From Desulfobacteraceae bacterium (GTDB taxonomy: Bacteria > Desulfobacterota > DSM-4660 > Desulfatiglandales > Desulfatiglandaceae): DNA of 35,602 nt. The translations under genes were made by a program, and so were the position numbers. Numbering within the stretch: the stretch's first letter is position 1; each line of letters begins with the position of its first letter. Below, piece by piece: positions 9,183 through 17,448 of this stretch. The notes below the pieces were generated by a model. That model ran no database searches and was not told the origin of the DNA. It was given only the letters and a program-made list of their open reading frames with translations. The stretch spans positions 1 through 35,602 of the forward strand of contig JAUWMY010000001.1 in assembly GCA_030612945.1 (NCBI GenBank). The letters run 5' to 3'.

Positions 9183-9608
9183 TTACCATCCCTTCAGCTT
9201 TTCCCTGGAAAATATCCTGTCGCTCGATGAGATCTCGGGATAATTGGTCCCTGCAGGCGTGCCGTCCGGGTCATCCTCGCCGAGAGATACCAGGCCCTTG
9301 GGTACTTTTTCCAGGAATGCGATCCTATCGTCGTATCTCTCCTTGATAGATTCCGGAGCGCCCCGGCGTCTGCTATAGAGATTGTAGATCGCTATATCCA
9401 CAGACACGATCAGTATTATCGGCGGGACGGTGGTAAACGGCACAGTGTACTTTGTGCCGCAATAGCTGTCGATCTCGGCATCGGCATTCGCGATCGCACG
9501 CGTAACCTTGTCCTCATCAACGACGCCGGCATCCTCATCATCAGTTAACTGGATGAGGACGTCCTCTTCCATTTGTTCCAGGATATCCGCTTCTGTGCAG
9601 TAGGGCAT
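9183..9608 (-). CDS. Mu gp36-like head-tail adaptor (DUF1320-like), 141 aa
   Basis: MPYCTEADILEQMEEDVLIQLTDDEDAGVVDEDKVTRAIANADAEIDSYCGTKYTVPF...YNLYSRRR matches the recollected DUF1320 pattern. RBS ACGGAG lies upstream of the ATG. Confidence 0.75.
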   Translation of the reverse strand: MPYCTEADILEQMEEDVLIQLTDDEDAGVVDEDKVTRAIANADAEIDSYCGTKYTVPFTTVPPIILIVSVDIAIYNLYSRRRGAPESIKERYDDRIAFLEKVPKGLVSLGEDDPDGTPAGTNYPEISSSDRIFSREKLKGW

Positions 9609-9616
9609 TGCTTGCT

Positions 9617-9644
9617 CCGTTACGGGTTGCGGGTTACGGGTTTA
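9617..9644. repeat. heptamer array GGGTTRC x4
   Basis: Read directly. On the mRNA strand it supplies the TAA stop of the upstream gene and ends in ACGGAG-N7-ATG. Confidence 0.85.
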
Positions 9645-9921
9645 TTCGCGGGCCTTTTTCCCCTGACTTTTTACCCGCCTGTTTTTTGACCTCTGCCTTC
9701 TCTTTCCTCTTTTCCCGGAGTACCGGGATCCCGGTATTGAGCGGAGCGCCGGGACCTGATTCCTGCTTATCCTTCACGGCCTCGACGGTGAGCATGGGCT
9801 CAGCCCTTAAGGTCTCCAGATCTCCTTTGGAAAACTTATCATTCGGATATTCAACGGCCCCTTTGGGATGTGCCACCCCGCAGCGCCTGAAATTATGCCT
9901 TTTACTCGTTATACGAATCAT
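9634..9921 (-). CDS. FluMu HI1506-like small head-module protein (95 aa from the second ATG)
   Basis: MIRITSKRHNFRRCGVAHPKGAVEYPNDKFSKGDLETLRAEPMLTVEAV resembles the FluMu N-terminal domain family that follows gpT. AAGGAG lies 6 nt before the ATG at 9921. The stop TAA falls inside the AACCCGY heptamer array. Confidence 0.6.
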   Translation of the reverse strand: MIRITSKRHNFRRCGVAHPKGAVEYPNDKFSKGDLETLRAEPMLTVEAVKDKQESGPGAPLNTGIPVLREKRKEKAEVKKQAGKKSGEKGPRINP

Positions 9922-9936
9922 GTTCGCTCCTTTCAT

Positions 9937-10069
9937 TCGATTGACTATTTTCGATTGTCTATTGACTATTGGATGAACGCTTCGCTCTCTTGTTTAAAAA
10001 AACCTAAGATAGAAAAAGCGAAGCGTTCTCTTGATAATAGTCAATAGTCATTAGTCAATATTCAATTCT
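9937..10069. repeat. full composite junction element: GACTATT arm (9939-9970), core 9975-9986 / 10017-10028, AATAGTC arm (10033-10069)
   Basis: Positions 9939-9981 are identical over 43 nt to 17450-17492. Confidence 0.9.
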
Positions 10070-10981
10070 TTATCCCGCTCCCGTGGACCCGTAACTCATC
10101 TGCCATAAACCGTATCCACCTGCGGCCCTGGCCTCGGCACCAAACCGGAACTTTTTGCGCATGAAGACGTTATCCGCCTCCGGCGTTGTCTGCTGCACAA
10201 AGACCGGCGCCTTCCGTTCCTGGTATACAAACGGCTTGAGCGGCCGGTTAGTAACATGCAGCATCCATTGCGTAGCGCTCGTAATCCTGGGATTGACAAG
10301 AAGCGTGGCCGTTCCCCTGTACGGGTTGGGCGATTCGTCTGTGAGCTTTTCGTTTTCCAGCAAAATCTTGCCGGTGGCTTCTAAAGCCGGTCCGACTTCG
10401 AGCAGATCCGGTACAAGCGCCAGAGGGCGGCCCTCGTCATCCTTAAAACTCATGATGGCCAGCCTTGCAGCCCCGTAGCTTGCAGCTGCACCGGCCGCGT
10501 TTGCAACGGACAGGGCGGCCGTGCCGTGATTGCTCACGCTGGATCCTGCCACGTCGTGGTCGGTGTCGTAGAAATACTGGCCGTCGTAGCATTCATTGGT
10601 GAATGCGTCGTTTTTGAGATCCGCGTCGAGCTCATCGGGCAACTGTTTGGAGCTGTATCCCGCCTCCTGGGCCTGTGGACCATAGATCCCGATATTGTCA
10701 TCTTCTATATCGTTCCGGTCCACCTCCACTGTGGCCTCAAAGTCGTCGTTTACGATGGTGTACTTGAAGGCCTCAAGGGTCTTCAATACCTTGTCTCCCA
10801 GCCACTTGCGCATCTTGGGAAACCTGGAGAGCCAGGTGTAATCGTTCTGACTCGAACCGCTGGGGACCTTCATCGTGGTCTTTGCCCAGAGGCTGGGAGC
10901 CGCGTCGAATGCCTTGTTAAACGTGGTTTTCAGGTTAATGAAAACCGCTGTGAGATTGGTTTTGTTTACCAGCATGATCAT
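10070..10981 (-). CDS. Mu gpT-like major head subunit (303 aa)
   Basis: The N-terminus LVNKTNLTAVFINLKTTFNKAFDAAPSLWAKTTMKVPSGSSQNDYTWLSRFPKMRKWLGDKV matches the recollected Mu-like gpT family. The position after the protease/scaffold also fits. Confidence 0.88.
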   Translation of the reverse strand: MIMLVNKTNLTAVFINLKTTFNKAFDAAPSLWAKTTMKVPSGSSQNDYTWLSRFPKMRKWLGDKVLKTLEAFKYTIVNDDFEATVEVDRNDIEDDNIGIYGPQAQEAGYSSKQLPDELDADLKNDAFTNECYDGQYFYDTDHDVAGSSVSNHGTAALSVANAAGAAASYGAARLAIMSFKDDEGRPLALVPDLLEVGPALEATGKILLENEKLTDESPNPYRGTATLLVNPRITSATQWMLHVTNRPLKPFVYQERKAPVFVQQTTPEADNVFMRKKFRFGAEARAAGGYGLWQMSYGSTGAG

Positions 10982-11029
10982 TCTCCTTTTCTGAAATATT
11001 TTATGCCCCTACCGGGGCGTTAAACTGCT

Positions 11030-11902
11030 TTACACTGTTGACAGTGCGTTTCCGTCATCAGCGAGCACGCGCCATACCAGGGCTCCTGCCACCTGCACGG
11101 CAGTCAAAACGATGGTATCGCCTGCGTCGCCCATTGTGATGGTATTATTCGCCGCCTGGTTGATGGCCGCGGCTACGGTGATCACGGCGTCCCCGGCGTC
11201 CACATCCAGGCTGATTGCCAGGGTGATTCCGGCCAGTGCCGGGATGGCAAGGGTACGGGTATCGTCCACGCCAGTGGTGGTAATTGCTACTGATCCTGAT
11301 TTCGTGACCGGTATTGCGCCGCCGTCTCCGGGATCGGCAATAGCCACCGGCGCCTTGGGGTAGATCTCCTGAAGGGCCGCCTCTACTTCGGTCTGGGCCG
11401 TAAAAGCCCCCGAGTCCGCGATGCTGATAGCGCTAGCCGCATGTGCCGCGCTGCCATCGGCGATATGAGTGGCCACATCGGCCTGGCGAATGGCGGGCTC
11501 GATGTCGATCCAGGCATGGGTCGTATCGATATACCCGGCGATGATGCCGCAAAAAATGTTGTGTGTTACGTTGGCCGTCAGATCAACGGTCTGATCGTCC
11601 ACCAGAAATACGTTGTCTCCCACGTTGGCGATGGTGATGGCCGTGTCCAGGATAACCTTGAACAGACCCCTGCGCCTCAGGACGATCGAAAGATCGCCGT
11701 TGGACCCATCGGCATTGTCCACCTGCTCCGTGGCCAAGCCCTGGAAAATCAGTCCCGACGTGTCCGATCCCTCCAGGCAATACCCGGCTACATTGACGCA
11801 AGCCAGGGCTCCACCGAAAACCTTTTCCGATGCCGCCATTTCGAACTCAAGCTCGACACCCTCCCTATATTCAATCTGTTTGTCTTCGCTTAATTCTGTC
11901 AT
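11030..11902 (-). CDS. head decoration-like protein (DUF2190-like N-terminal half with an Ala/Thr/Asp-rich C-terminal half), 290 aa
   Basis: Lies between the protease/scaffold and the major head gene. The N-terminal ~130 aa have the Gly-spaced beta pattern seen in capsid decoration proteins. This is an inference from position and composition. Confidence 0.5.
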   Translation of the reverse strand: MTELSEDKQIEYREGVELEFEMAASEKVFGGALACVNVAGYCLEGSDTSGLIFQGLATEQVDNADGSNGDLSIVLRRRGLFKVILDTAITIANVGDNVFLVDDQTVDLTANVTHNIFCGIIAGYIDTTHAWIDIEPAIRQADVATHIADGSAAHAASAISIADSGAFTAQTEVEAALQEIYPKAPVAIADPGDGGAIPVTKSGSVAITTTGVDDTRTLAIPALAGITLAISLDVDAGDAVITVAAAINQAANNTITMGDAGDTIVLTAVQVAGALVWRVLADDGNALSTV

Positions 11903-11914
11903 TTTTTACCTCCC

Positions 11915-11952
11915 GTTTTGATTGACTATTTTCGATTGATTATTGACTATTG
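11915..11952. repeat. half element: GACTATT-type arm only (GATTGACTATTTTCGATTGATTATTGACTATTG)
   Basis: Read directly. It lies upstream of the RBS GGGAGG of the 11902 gene. Confidence 0.85.
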
Positions 11953-11962
11953 AAAAACAAAC

Positions 11963-12085
11963 TCAATTAACAATCTCCTTTTTTGCCCCCGGACTTTGTT
12001 CCGCTTCCTTTGCCCGGCGCTCCTCCTTCGCCTCCGCCATGACCATCTTTTGGCCCTTTAGCATCTTCAGGAGGCCCGGTTCCAT
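11963..12085 (-). CDS. possible small ORF (40 aa, MEPGLLKMLKGQKMVMAEAKEERRAKEAEQSPGAKKEIVN)
   Basis: The only open frame in an otherwise unassigned 188-bp gap. Below the track's length cutoff and has a weak RBS. Confidence 0.25.
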   Translation of the reverse strand: MEPGLLKMLKGQKMVMAEAKEERRAKEAEQSPGAKKEIVN

Positions 12086-12090
12086 CTCTT

Positions 12091-13110
12091 TTAGGCACTT
12101 TGAAGCCCTCCGTATTGTTTGATGTCCTCATCCGTATTGCCCATCATCTTGGCCACGGCGAGCACGGTCTCATCGATCACCCCTTCACCTTTATTTTTCT
12201 GGTTAGGAAGCTCTCCCACCGGGATCACTACCGGGGCCTTGGCCACGAAGGTCTTAAAGCCTTCCAGGTCTCGCAGTGCATATTCTTCCGCCCATTTCTT
12301 CTGGTCGGGCGAGATCTTGCCTTCAAGCGTCGCCTTTGCCACGACCTCATCCGCGTCCCGTTTGCTTAGATCCTTTTGCAGCCTGTCAAATTCCTCCCGA
12401 GATACGGATCCCTTTGAGGACTGTTTGAGCGCATGGATCGAAGCCACTACCGTAGACGCATCCCCCTCTGTCAGGTCCAATGCCTGAAGCACATCTTTGG
12501 CGATCACCTCCACCTGCTCAGGGCCTTTATTGGCCTTTGCCACGACCGCTTCCACGGCCTCCACAACCTTGTCCTCATCCGCCCCGGCCTCTATGCCGAG
12601 CTTTGCAATAAGCCTTTTCAAAAAATCCATATTTGTCTCCTCCTCCTGGAATTCCGATTCCAGCTTTGCCAGGATCGGAGTTAAATTGTTTGTCTTGGGC
12701 GCATTAGTGAGGGCCACCGAATGCACCGCGATCAACCTTTTGTCCTTCTTTCGCACAATGGAGACGGGCGAAAAATACCGATACTCTTTTTTCAGGATGA
12801 ACTCCTCTGCTTCATCGTTCCACTCTACCCTCACGGATATTCCCTTTGCCTCTTCCCAGCGATACTCTTTTATCCAGCCAGCAGCGGGCGCCTTGACTCC
12901 CTTAAGGGTCTGATGTTCATAGTCGATGACGATATCGTTTCCCCGTCTCGAGACAAAGGAGACAAGGGTATCAAATGCCTGTTTGTCCACGAGGAACGGT
13001 TTCTCCCCTTCGAGTTCAGTCCAGTCAGCCTCATAAAGCAGCATCCACTCCGGGATTTTACCGTCCTGGACATCGATTGCCGCGATAATGGCCTTTGCTA
13101 AAAATTGCAT
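12091..13110 (-). CDS. Mu gpI-like head protease with a C-terminal scaffold (Z-like) region, 339 aa from the ATG at 13110
   Basis: The track start (TTG at 13143) lies inside the TGAACCY array. The real start is most likely the ATG at 13110, preceded by GCGACTGAAAGGAGC. Contains the ...VIDYEHQTLKG... motif typical of Mu I proteases, followed by a helical, acidic C-terminal half. Confidence 0.82.
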   Translation of the reverse strand: MQFLAKAIIAAIDVQDGKIPEWMLLYEADWTELEGEKPFLVDKQAFDTLVSFVSRRGNDIVIDYEHQTLKGVKAPAAGWIKEYRWEEAKGISVRVEWNDEAEEFILKKEYRYFSPVSIVRKKDKRLIAVHSVALTNAPKTNNLTPILAKLESEFQEEETNMDFLKRLIAKLGIEAGADEDKVVEAVEAVVAKANKGPEQVEVIAKDVLQALDLTEGDASTVVASIHALKQSSKGSVSREEFDRLQKDLSKRDADEVVAKATLEGKISPDQKKWAEEYALRDLEGFKTFVAKAPVVIPVGELPNQKNKGEGVIDETVLAVAKMMGNTDEDIKQYGGLQSA

Positions 13111-13157
13111 TTGTGCTCCTTTCAGTCGCGGTTCAGGGTTCAAGGTTCAAGGTTCAC
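13111..13157. repeat. junction module: RBS block GCTCCTTTCAGTCGCG plus GGTTCAR heptamers x4 (13130-13157)
   Basis: Read directly. The gpG stop codon lies inside the last unit. Confidence 0.9.
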
Positions 13158-13609
13158 AGTTTCCCTCGAACAATAAAATCACCCAGCGCCGCCTTCATCT
13201 CCACCCAGTCCTCATCCTGCACCATCATGTAAGGGCGTGCCGGGATAGTGACCTTCCTGCCACGACCGGCCTTGCCCCCGAAGTGATGTATGGCCGCGTA
13301 TACTTTGTTCGCCGATATCACTACTTTATCGTTAAACGCCTTATAATTAACCGCGCCCATCAGGCCACCCGCCATGCCCTGCTCTCTCAGGATAGCAGTG
13401 CCCTTCTTTGTCTTCAGTGTCTCGAGAGAGAGCGATGTCCACTTCTCGGGCCTCCCGCCTTTCTCAAAGTTCCGGACAATGGATGTCCTTGCAATAGCGC
13501 CTATAATCTTCATGGCAGGCGCGGGATTGCCCATCCGCTTGAGGATACCGCCCAGGAGTTTCCGCACTTCCCGATCGTCAATTTTTACGCTTACCGCTAC
13601 TCCACCCAC
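13154..13609 (-). CDS. Mu gpG-like virion morphogenesis protein (151 aa)
   Basis: VKIDDREVRKLLGGILKRMGNPAPAMKIIGAIARTSIVRNFEKGGRPEKW...VYAAIHHFGG matches the recollected gpG / phage virion morphogenesis family. The stop TGA is donated by the first TGAACC unit. The start codon is uncertain (GTG at 13609). Confidence 0.78.
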   Translation of the reverse strand: MGGVAVSVKIDDREVRKLLGGILKRMGNPAPAMKIIGAIARTSIVRNFEKGGRPEKWTSLSLETLKTKKGTAILREQGMAGGLMGAVNYKAFNDKVVISANKVYAAIHHFGGKAGRGRKVTIPARPYMMVQDEDWVEMKAALGDFIVRGKL

Positions 13610-13650
13610 TGACTTCTGACCTCTGATTTCTGACCTCTGATCTCTGACCT
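13608..13650. repeat. TCTGAYN heptamer array x6
   Basis: Read directly. It starts at the nucleotide after the stop of the F-like C-terminal ORF. Confidence 0.9.
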
Positions 13651-13851
13651 TCAGTCCCTGAATCCTTCCTTCCCAGGATTATAATCCCATCCGGGATCGA
13701 TCCCTTTCGGTATCTTATGGATCTCCCCCGTGGCCTTATCCACCCATTCATACTTCGTGATCTTCGGGGCCTTGGTCCGGATGGGATGCGCCCCACCGGC
13801 CTCTTCTTTTTTCAGTCTTTCCACCTCACGGGCGGAGTGGCTCACCACGCC
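13651..13851 (-). CDS. C-terminal continuation of the Mu F-like protein (same frame, directly after the TGA)
   Basis: Codon GGC (13849-13851) followed by VVSHSAREVERLKKEE...IPKGIDPGWDYNPGKEGFRD is in frame with the upstream part. The total would be 236 aa if the TGA is decoded. Confidence 0.55.
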   Translation of the reverse strand, partial: GVVSHSAREVERLKKEEAGGAHPIRTKAPKITKYEWVDKATGEIHKIPKGIDPGWDYNPGKEGFRD

Positions 13852-14361
13852 TCACTTGCACCCCCAGCCGTTTGGCGGGTAATGGGTCTCCCACCAGGGA
13901 TCGTCCGCGGGCAGGACCAGGTTATACCAGTGACTGTGCTCCTCTCTCGGCTCTGCCGCACGGGCGCCCACATACCTGAGAAACGGCCTGGCCTTGAGGA
14001 CATCGGGATCCATCATCTGGGCATAGTGTCCGACCGAATATGCCACGCTCAGGTTGGTATTGAAAATTACCGCCGTTCTCCATGCCCTGCCGCCCTTATA
14101 GATCCAGCCATGCCGCTGAACGATATCATCGAATCCCTTTCGGAATTCGGCCAGGGTCGTTCCCTCGGAAATGCCTTTTTTCACGGCCTCGCGCAGGTCT
14201 TCGAGCAGCTCGGACTTCATGGCCCCGGCCACGGAGAAAGCGCGGGCATGCATGGCCTTCCACAGGTCCTTCCAGGTGGCCGTGGGCACATTGAGCTTTT
14301 TCCTAAAAAACTCGATTGCCTCATCAAAGGGGAGTCTTATATATTCAGCGCTCGATAACAT
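13852..14361 (-). CDS. Mu F-like (SPP1 gp7 family) head morphogenesis protein, first 169 codons, ending at an in-frame TGA
   Basis: ...EEHSHWYNLVLPADDPWWETHYPPNGWGCK is followed by TGA (13852-13854), at the position where family members carry the second Cys of the PPNGW-x-C-(R/K)-C motif. The synteny portal, F, G also fits. Confidence 0.8.
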   Translation of the reverse strand: MLSSAEYIRLPFDEAIEFFRKKLNVPTATWKDLWKAMHARAFSVAGAMKSELLEDLREAVKKGISEGTTLAEFRKGFDDIVQRHGWIYKGGRAWRTAVIFNTNLSVAYSVGHYAQMMDPDVLKARPFLRYVGARAAEPREEHSHWYNLVLPADDPWWETHYPPNGWGCK

Positions 14362-15898
14362 CGAACCTCCCGGCCAGTTCGGCCACGGTAAAGGCCCTCT
14401 GCATCAGGGTTCCCAATGTTGATTCATCCATGTCCTTGTAAAGATCCAGCAGACCGTCCCGGAATTCCCCCAGGGAGTTCACCGAGGCAAGGAGATCCTC
14501 CACAGGCTTCATGAGATCGTCTAAAGAGGCCTCTGACAGGGTTTTATCGCCCAGCGCGCCTAATGTTACGGCCGGAGACAGGTCTTCGCCGCCAGGGCCT
14601 GATTTGGCCGTCAGACGGCTATATTTTGCCGGTATCGCTACCTGCTGCCGCCCCACGACCGGCTCGTTTCCCTCCGGTTCGGGAATATTGAATTCCTGGC
14701 GCACAAACGAGACCGGCATCTCCACGTTATGCTCTAACAGGCCGGTTACCCACTCGGCTTTTTCCTTGAGATTCTCGGCCTCTTCCCAGATCGGTCTATA
14801 TCCTGGGATCGGCGTATCCCACCCGAAATTAAACCCCACAATGGGCCGGATGAGCTGATACCGGATTGTCGCGGCATCGGCCCTGGTATCGGCCTTGGCC
14901 AGATCGAGCCTGACCTCGTTGTGGGTTTTGCTCGCTGCGTAGCTGCCCTTGTCTCCAACCTCGGCCGTGAGGGTCTGGCCCAGGATTGCCTTGGACATTT
15001 CTTTATTGCCGAACTGGGCCAGGTTTTTATATAGGTCTCCGGACACGCTGCCCTTTGCGGCCTCGATAAACTCGATCTCCGTGGATTTGGAGATAATGCC
15101 TGCCGCATCCGACCCCAGCGAGGATATGGCCGTGATCAGGGCGTCCCTATCTTCGGGGGTACTCCCCGTATCGTATTTCCCGAGCCTGAGGGGCATCCCG
15201 TAGACTTCGCAGAACACAACCCAGTCCTTGATGGCATAGTTTTTGAAGAGAAACCACCAGGCGCAGACCCTGAGGATACCGGCCCTGGTGGGATGACCGC
15301 TTTTGCCGCCGTAACGATGAAGGAGGGTTTTCCATGCAGGGATCTCAATCCCCATCGGATCGTCGTCCGTCAGGAGGAGCGGGGTCCGCAATAAATAGCC
15401 CAGGCGATCGGTGAAGAGAAAGCGCTTCTGATCGATAAACGTAAAGCCTCTGGGCAGGGCCTGGCTTTCCGATACGTCCCAGTCGATCTCCAGGGCAGAG
15501 AAGCCTTTGCCCACGCCGTCCTGGAGGGCCACAAGGGTGTCCTCAAAATCGGTCATGTTGTCAAAAAACTCTTCCACGAATTCAGCGACCTGCACGTCGC
15601 GCCTGTCCTCGGACGCGGGCCGGACCTTGAATTCCACGTCCAGGACCGCGTTTTTTCTTTTCCCCACCTCACCAAACAGGTGCCCGTCTTTTTCCTCCAT
15701 CTGCTCAAAGAGCTGGGCCTGCCTCTGGACATTGCCCGCGTCCGCCTCCTTGAAGATGGTTGCGAGCCTCTCGGGCGTCAGGCCTGCCGCGACATATTCC
15801 CGCCAGGAATCCAGTACCGGGGCCGCGGCCAGCGGTCGTTTCTCAGGTTTTTTTTCGACCCGATACTGCCTGCTGAATTGATCTAAGATCATCCCCAT
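14345..15898 (-). CDS. Mu gp29-like portal protein (DUF935-like), 517 aa
   Basis: Size and position between the large terminase and F fit a portal. It overlaps both neighbours by a few codons. Sequence character is consistent with the Mu-type portal family (recollection). Confidence 0.85.
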   Translation of the reverse strand: MGMILDQFSRQYRVEKKPEKRPLAAAPVLDSWREYVAAGLTPERLATIFKEADAGNVQRQAQLFEQMEEKDGHLFGEVGKRKNAVLDVEFKVRPASEDRRDVQVAEFVEEFFDNMTDFEDTLVALQDGVGKGFSALEIDWDVSESQALPRGFTFIDQKRFLFTDRLGYLLRTPLLLTDDDPMGIEIPAWKTLLHRYGGKSGHPTRAGILRVCAWWFLFKNYAIKDWVVFCEVYGMPLRLGKYDTGSTPEDRDALITAISSLGSDAAGIISKSTEIEFIEAAKGSVSGDLYKNLAQFGNKEMSKAILGQTLTAEVGDKGSYAASKTHNEVRLDLAKADTRADAATIRYQLIRPIVGFNFGWDTPIPGYRPIWEEAENLKEKAEWVTGLLEHNVEMPVSFVRQEFNIPEPEGNEPVVGRQQVAIPAKYSRLTAKSGPGGEDLSPAVTLGALGDKTLSEASLDDLMKPVEDLLASVNSLGEFRDGLLDLYKDMDESTLGTLMQRAFTVAELAGRFDVIER

Positions 15899-17436
15899 GC
15901 TCCTTTTGCCGCTAACCGGCGTTTGACAAGACTCTCGTATTCTGCTTTGCCGCTGCCCATCGTTTTTAATAACGCCACCGCCCCCTCCAGCGCATCGGCC
16001 CCGTCATCGGGAAAGGTTGGCTGATCGAGATAAAGGAGCTGCTCCACAACCTTATCCTGGTCGCTGTCGCCCTTGGAAAACCTGAGACGACCATGCTCCA
16101 CCAGGTGACTGAGGCTGGCCACGATCCGGGCCTCTTTGTTTGTGCTGTGGTTTATGGATTGCACTGGCAAATAATATCCGTGCCGTTTTGCGGCCTCATC
16201 TATTACCGCCTGCAGGAAATCCTTGAGCGCGTTATCCTCGGCCCCCATCCTGATCCAGCCGATCTCATCATGCTGTCGATAGCAGGCGTCCATCATGGTG
16301 GCCGGGGATGCTTTTTTTACCCAGCAATGGAGCACATAATAAATCATGGCCTGCCGGTCTAAGCCCACCGCCACCAGTCCCTTATCGTCCCCGGTCTCTT
16401 TGCTGGATGGATCTAAAAATGAAATCTTTGTGAGTTCCACGTCCTTGATCTCATCCTCGTGGTAATAACGGATCCACTCTTCCCTGAAGGCGCTTTCTTC
16501 ATCCGTGGGATTGTTTTGCTTTTCCTTGTTAAAGGCCACCGAGCCCATGATCTTTTTTTGCTTCAGGAGCTTTTCGATTGGGTGCGCCGCGGGCCAGAGG
16601 GATGTGCCGTCTTCCTGGATGGCCCTGTAGATACGGCTTATCCAGTGGTTATAAGGCTCTTCCTCGCCTCGTATGATGATATTGAGGGCCGCCCTTTTGG
16701 CCAGTATTGTGCCAATGAGAAAAAGGTTGCCCGTCGATGCGATGCCCGGATATACCGTTTCCTTGATCCATTTCAAAAGGCCCTTGACTATGCGCGGATT
16801 TTTGACATTCTGGTCATTTTCCAGGTCGTCGAAAATAACTAAGTCGGGCCTGTATTGTTTATGCTTGAGTCCCCGGATGCGTTGACCCCGGCCACGGGCA
16901 AGGACACGCACATCATTTTTTGTCACAAAACCATAAACAGACCAGTCCACCTCGGCCAGATGCCCGAAATCCTGGCGAAGACGCTGATTCATTGCCAATT
17001 CCAAAAGCAGGTACCCCACCAGGTCCCCGGCCAGATCCTCTGTGTCAGAGCCCAGGATGACAAAGTGCCTGAGTTCATGACATATCTGGTGAATCACATA
17101 GCCGAAGCTGGTAATAGTGCTCTTTGCAAATTCCCGTGGGGCCGCAACCACAACCGGGACCATAACGTCCGCCGGGTCATTCGGGTCGGGCCGGGTGTCC
17201 AGATCCTCGATCAGGTCATGGTGAAAGGGCGCCTCCTCGGCGTAGAAATAATGGGGCAGGTAGGTGCGGAAAAAATAGAAGTGATCGTACTTAGACCGCT
17301 CGACCCGTTTTTTTTGTTCCTCCGGCTCATCAGAAAAAGGCAATACTTCGGCCGTCAAAGCGGCAAGGACATTGTTGTATCTCTTTTTGAATTCCGCCTT
17401 AGTCAGCTTCTGCTTTATGGTAATCTTTTTTGCCAT
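15889..17436 (-). CDS. Mu gp28-like terminase large subunit (515 aa)
   Basis: P-loop-like VVAAPREFAKSTI, a DD-containing Walker B region (LVIFDDLEND) and a C-terminal nuclease-like region. RBS ACGGAGAA lies before the ATG at 17436. Confidence 0.88.
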   Translation of the reverse strand: MAKKITIKQKLTKAEFKKRYNNVLAALTAEVLPFSDEPEEQKKRVERSKYDHFYFFRTYLPHYFYAEEAPFHHDLIEDLDTRPDPNDPADVMVPVVVAAPREFAKSTITSFGYVIHQICHELRHFVILGSDTEDLAGDLVGYLLLELAMNQRLRQDFGHLAEVDWSVYGFVTKNDVRVLARGRGQRIRGLKHKQYRPDLVIFDDLENDQNVKNPRIVKGLLKWIKETVYPGIASTGNLFLIGTILAKRAALNIIIRGEEEPYNHWISRIYRAIQEDGTSLWPAAHPIEKLLKQKKIMGSVAFNKEKQNNPTDEESAFREEWIRYYHEDEIKDVELTKISFLDPSSKETGDDKGLVAVGLDRQAMIYYVLHCWVKKASPATMMDACYRQHDEIGWIRMGAEDNALKDFLQAVIDEAAKRHGYYLPVQSINHSTNKEARIVASLSHLVEHGRLRFSKGDSDQDKVVEQLLYLDQPTFPDDGADALEGAVALLKTMGSGKAEYESLVKRRLAAKGAWG

Positions 17437-17448
17437 ATTCTCCGTTTA

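Noticed and set aside
12085-12130. A programmed frameshift from the protease/scaffold gene into the small downstream ORF frame
   Set aside because: The -1 frame is open for only ~10 codons upstream of the ATG (a TGA precedes it). No X XXY YYZ slippery heptamer exists in the overlap.
13852-13854. Global TGA reassignment (genetic code 4 or 25) as the explanation for the in-frame TGA
   Set aside because: Many neighbouring genes end at TGA at sensible positions followed by RBS and start signals (transposase 28498, ASCH 27824, small terminase 17598, endolysin 20155, gpG 13154). TGA is therefore a normal stop in this genome.
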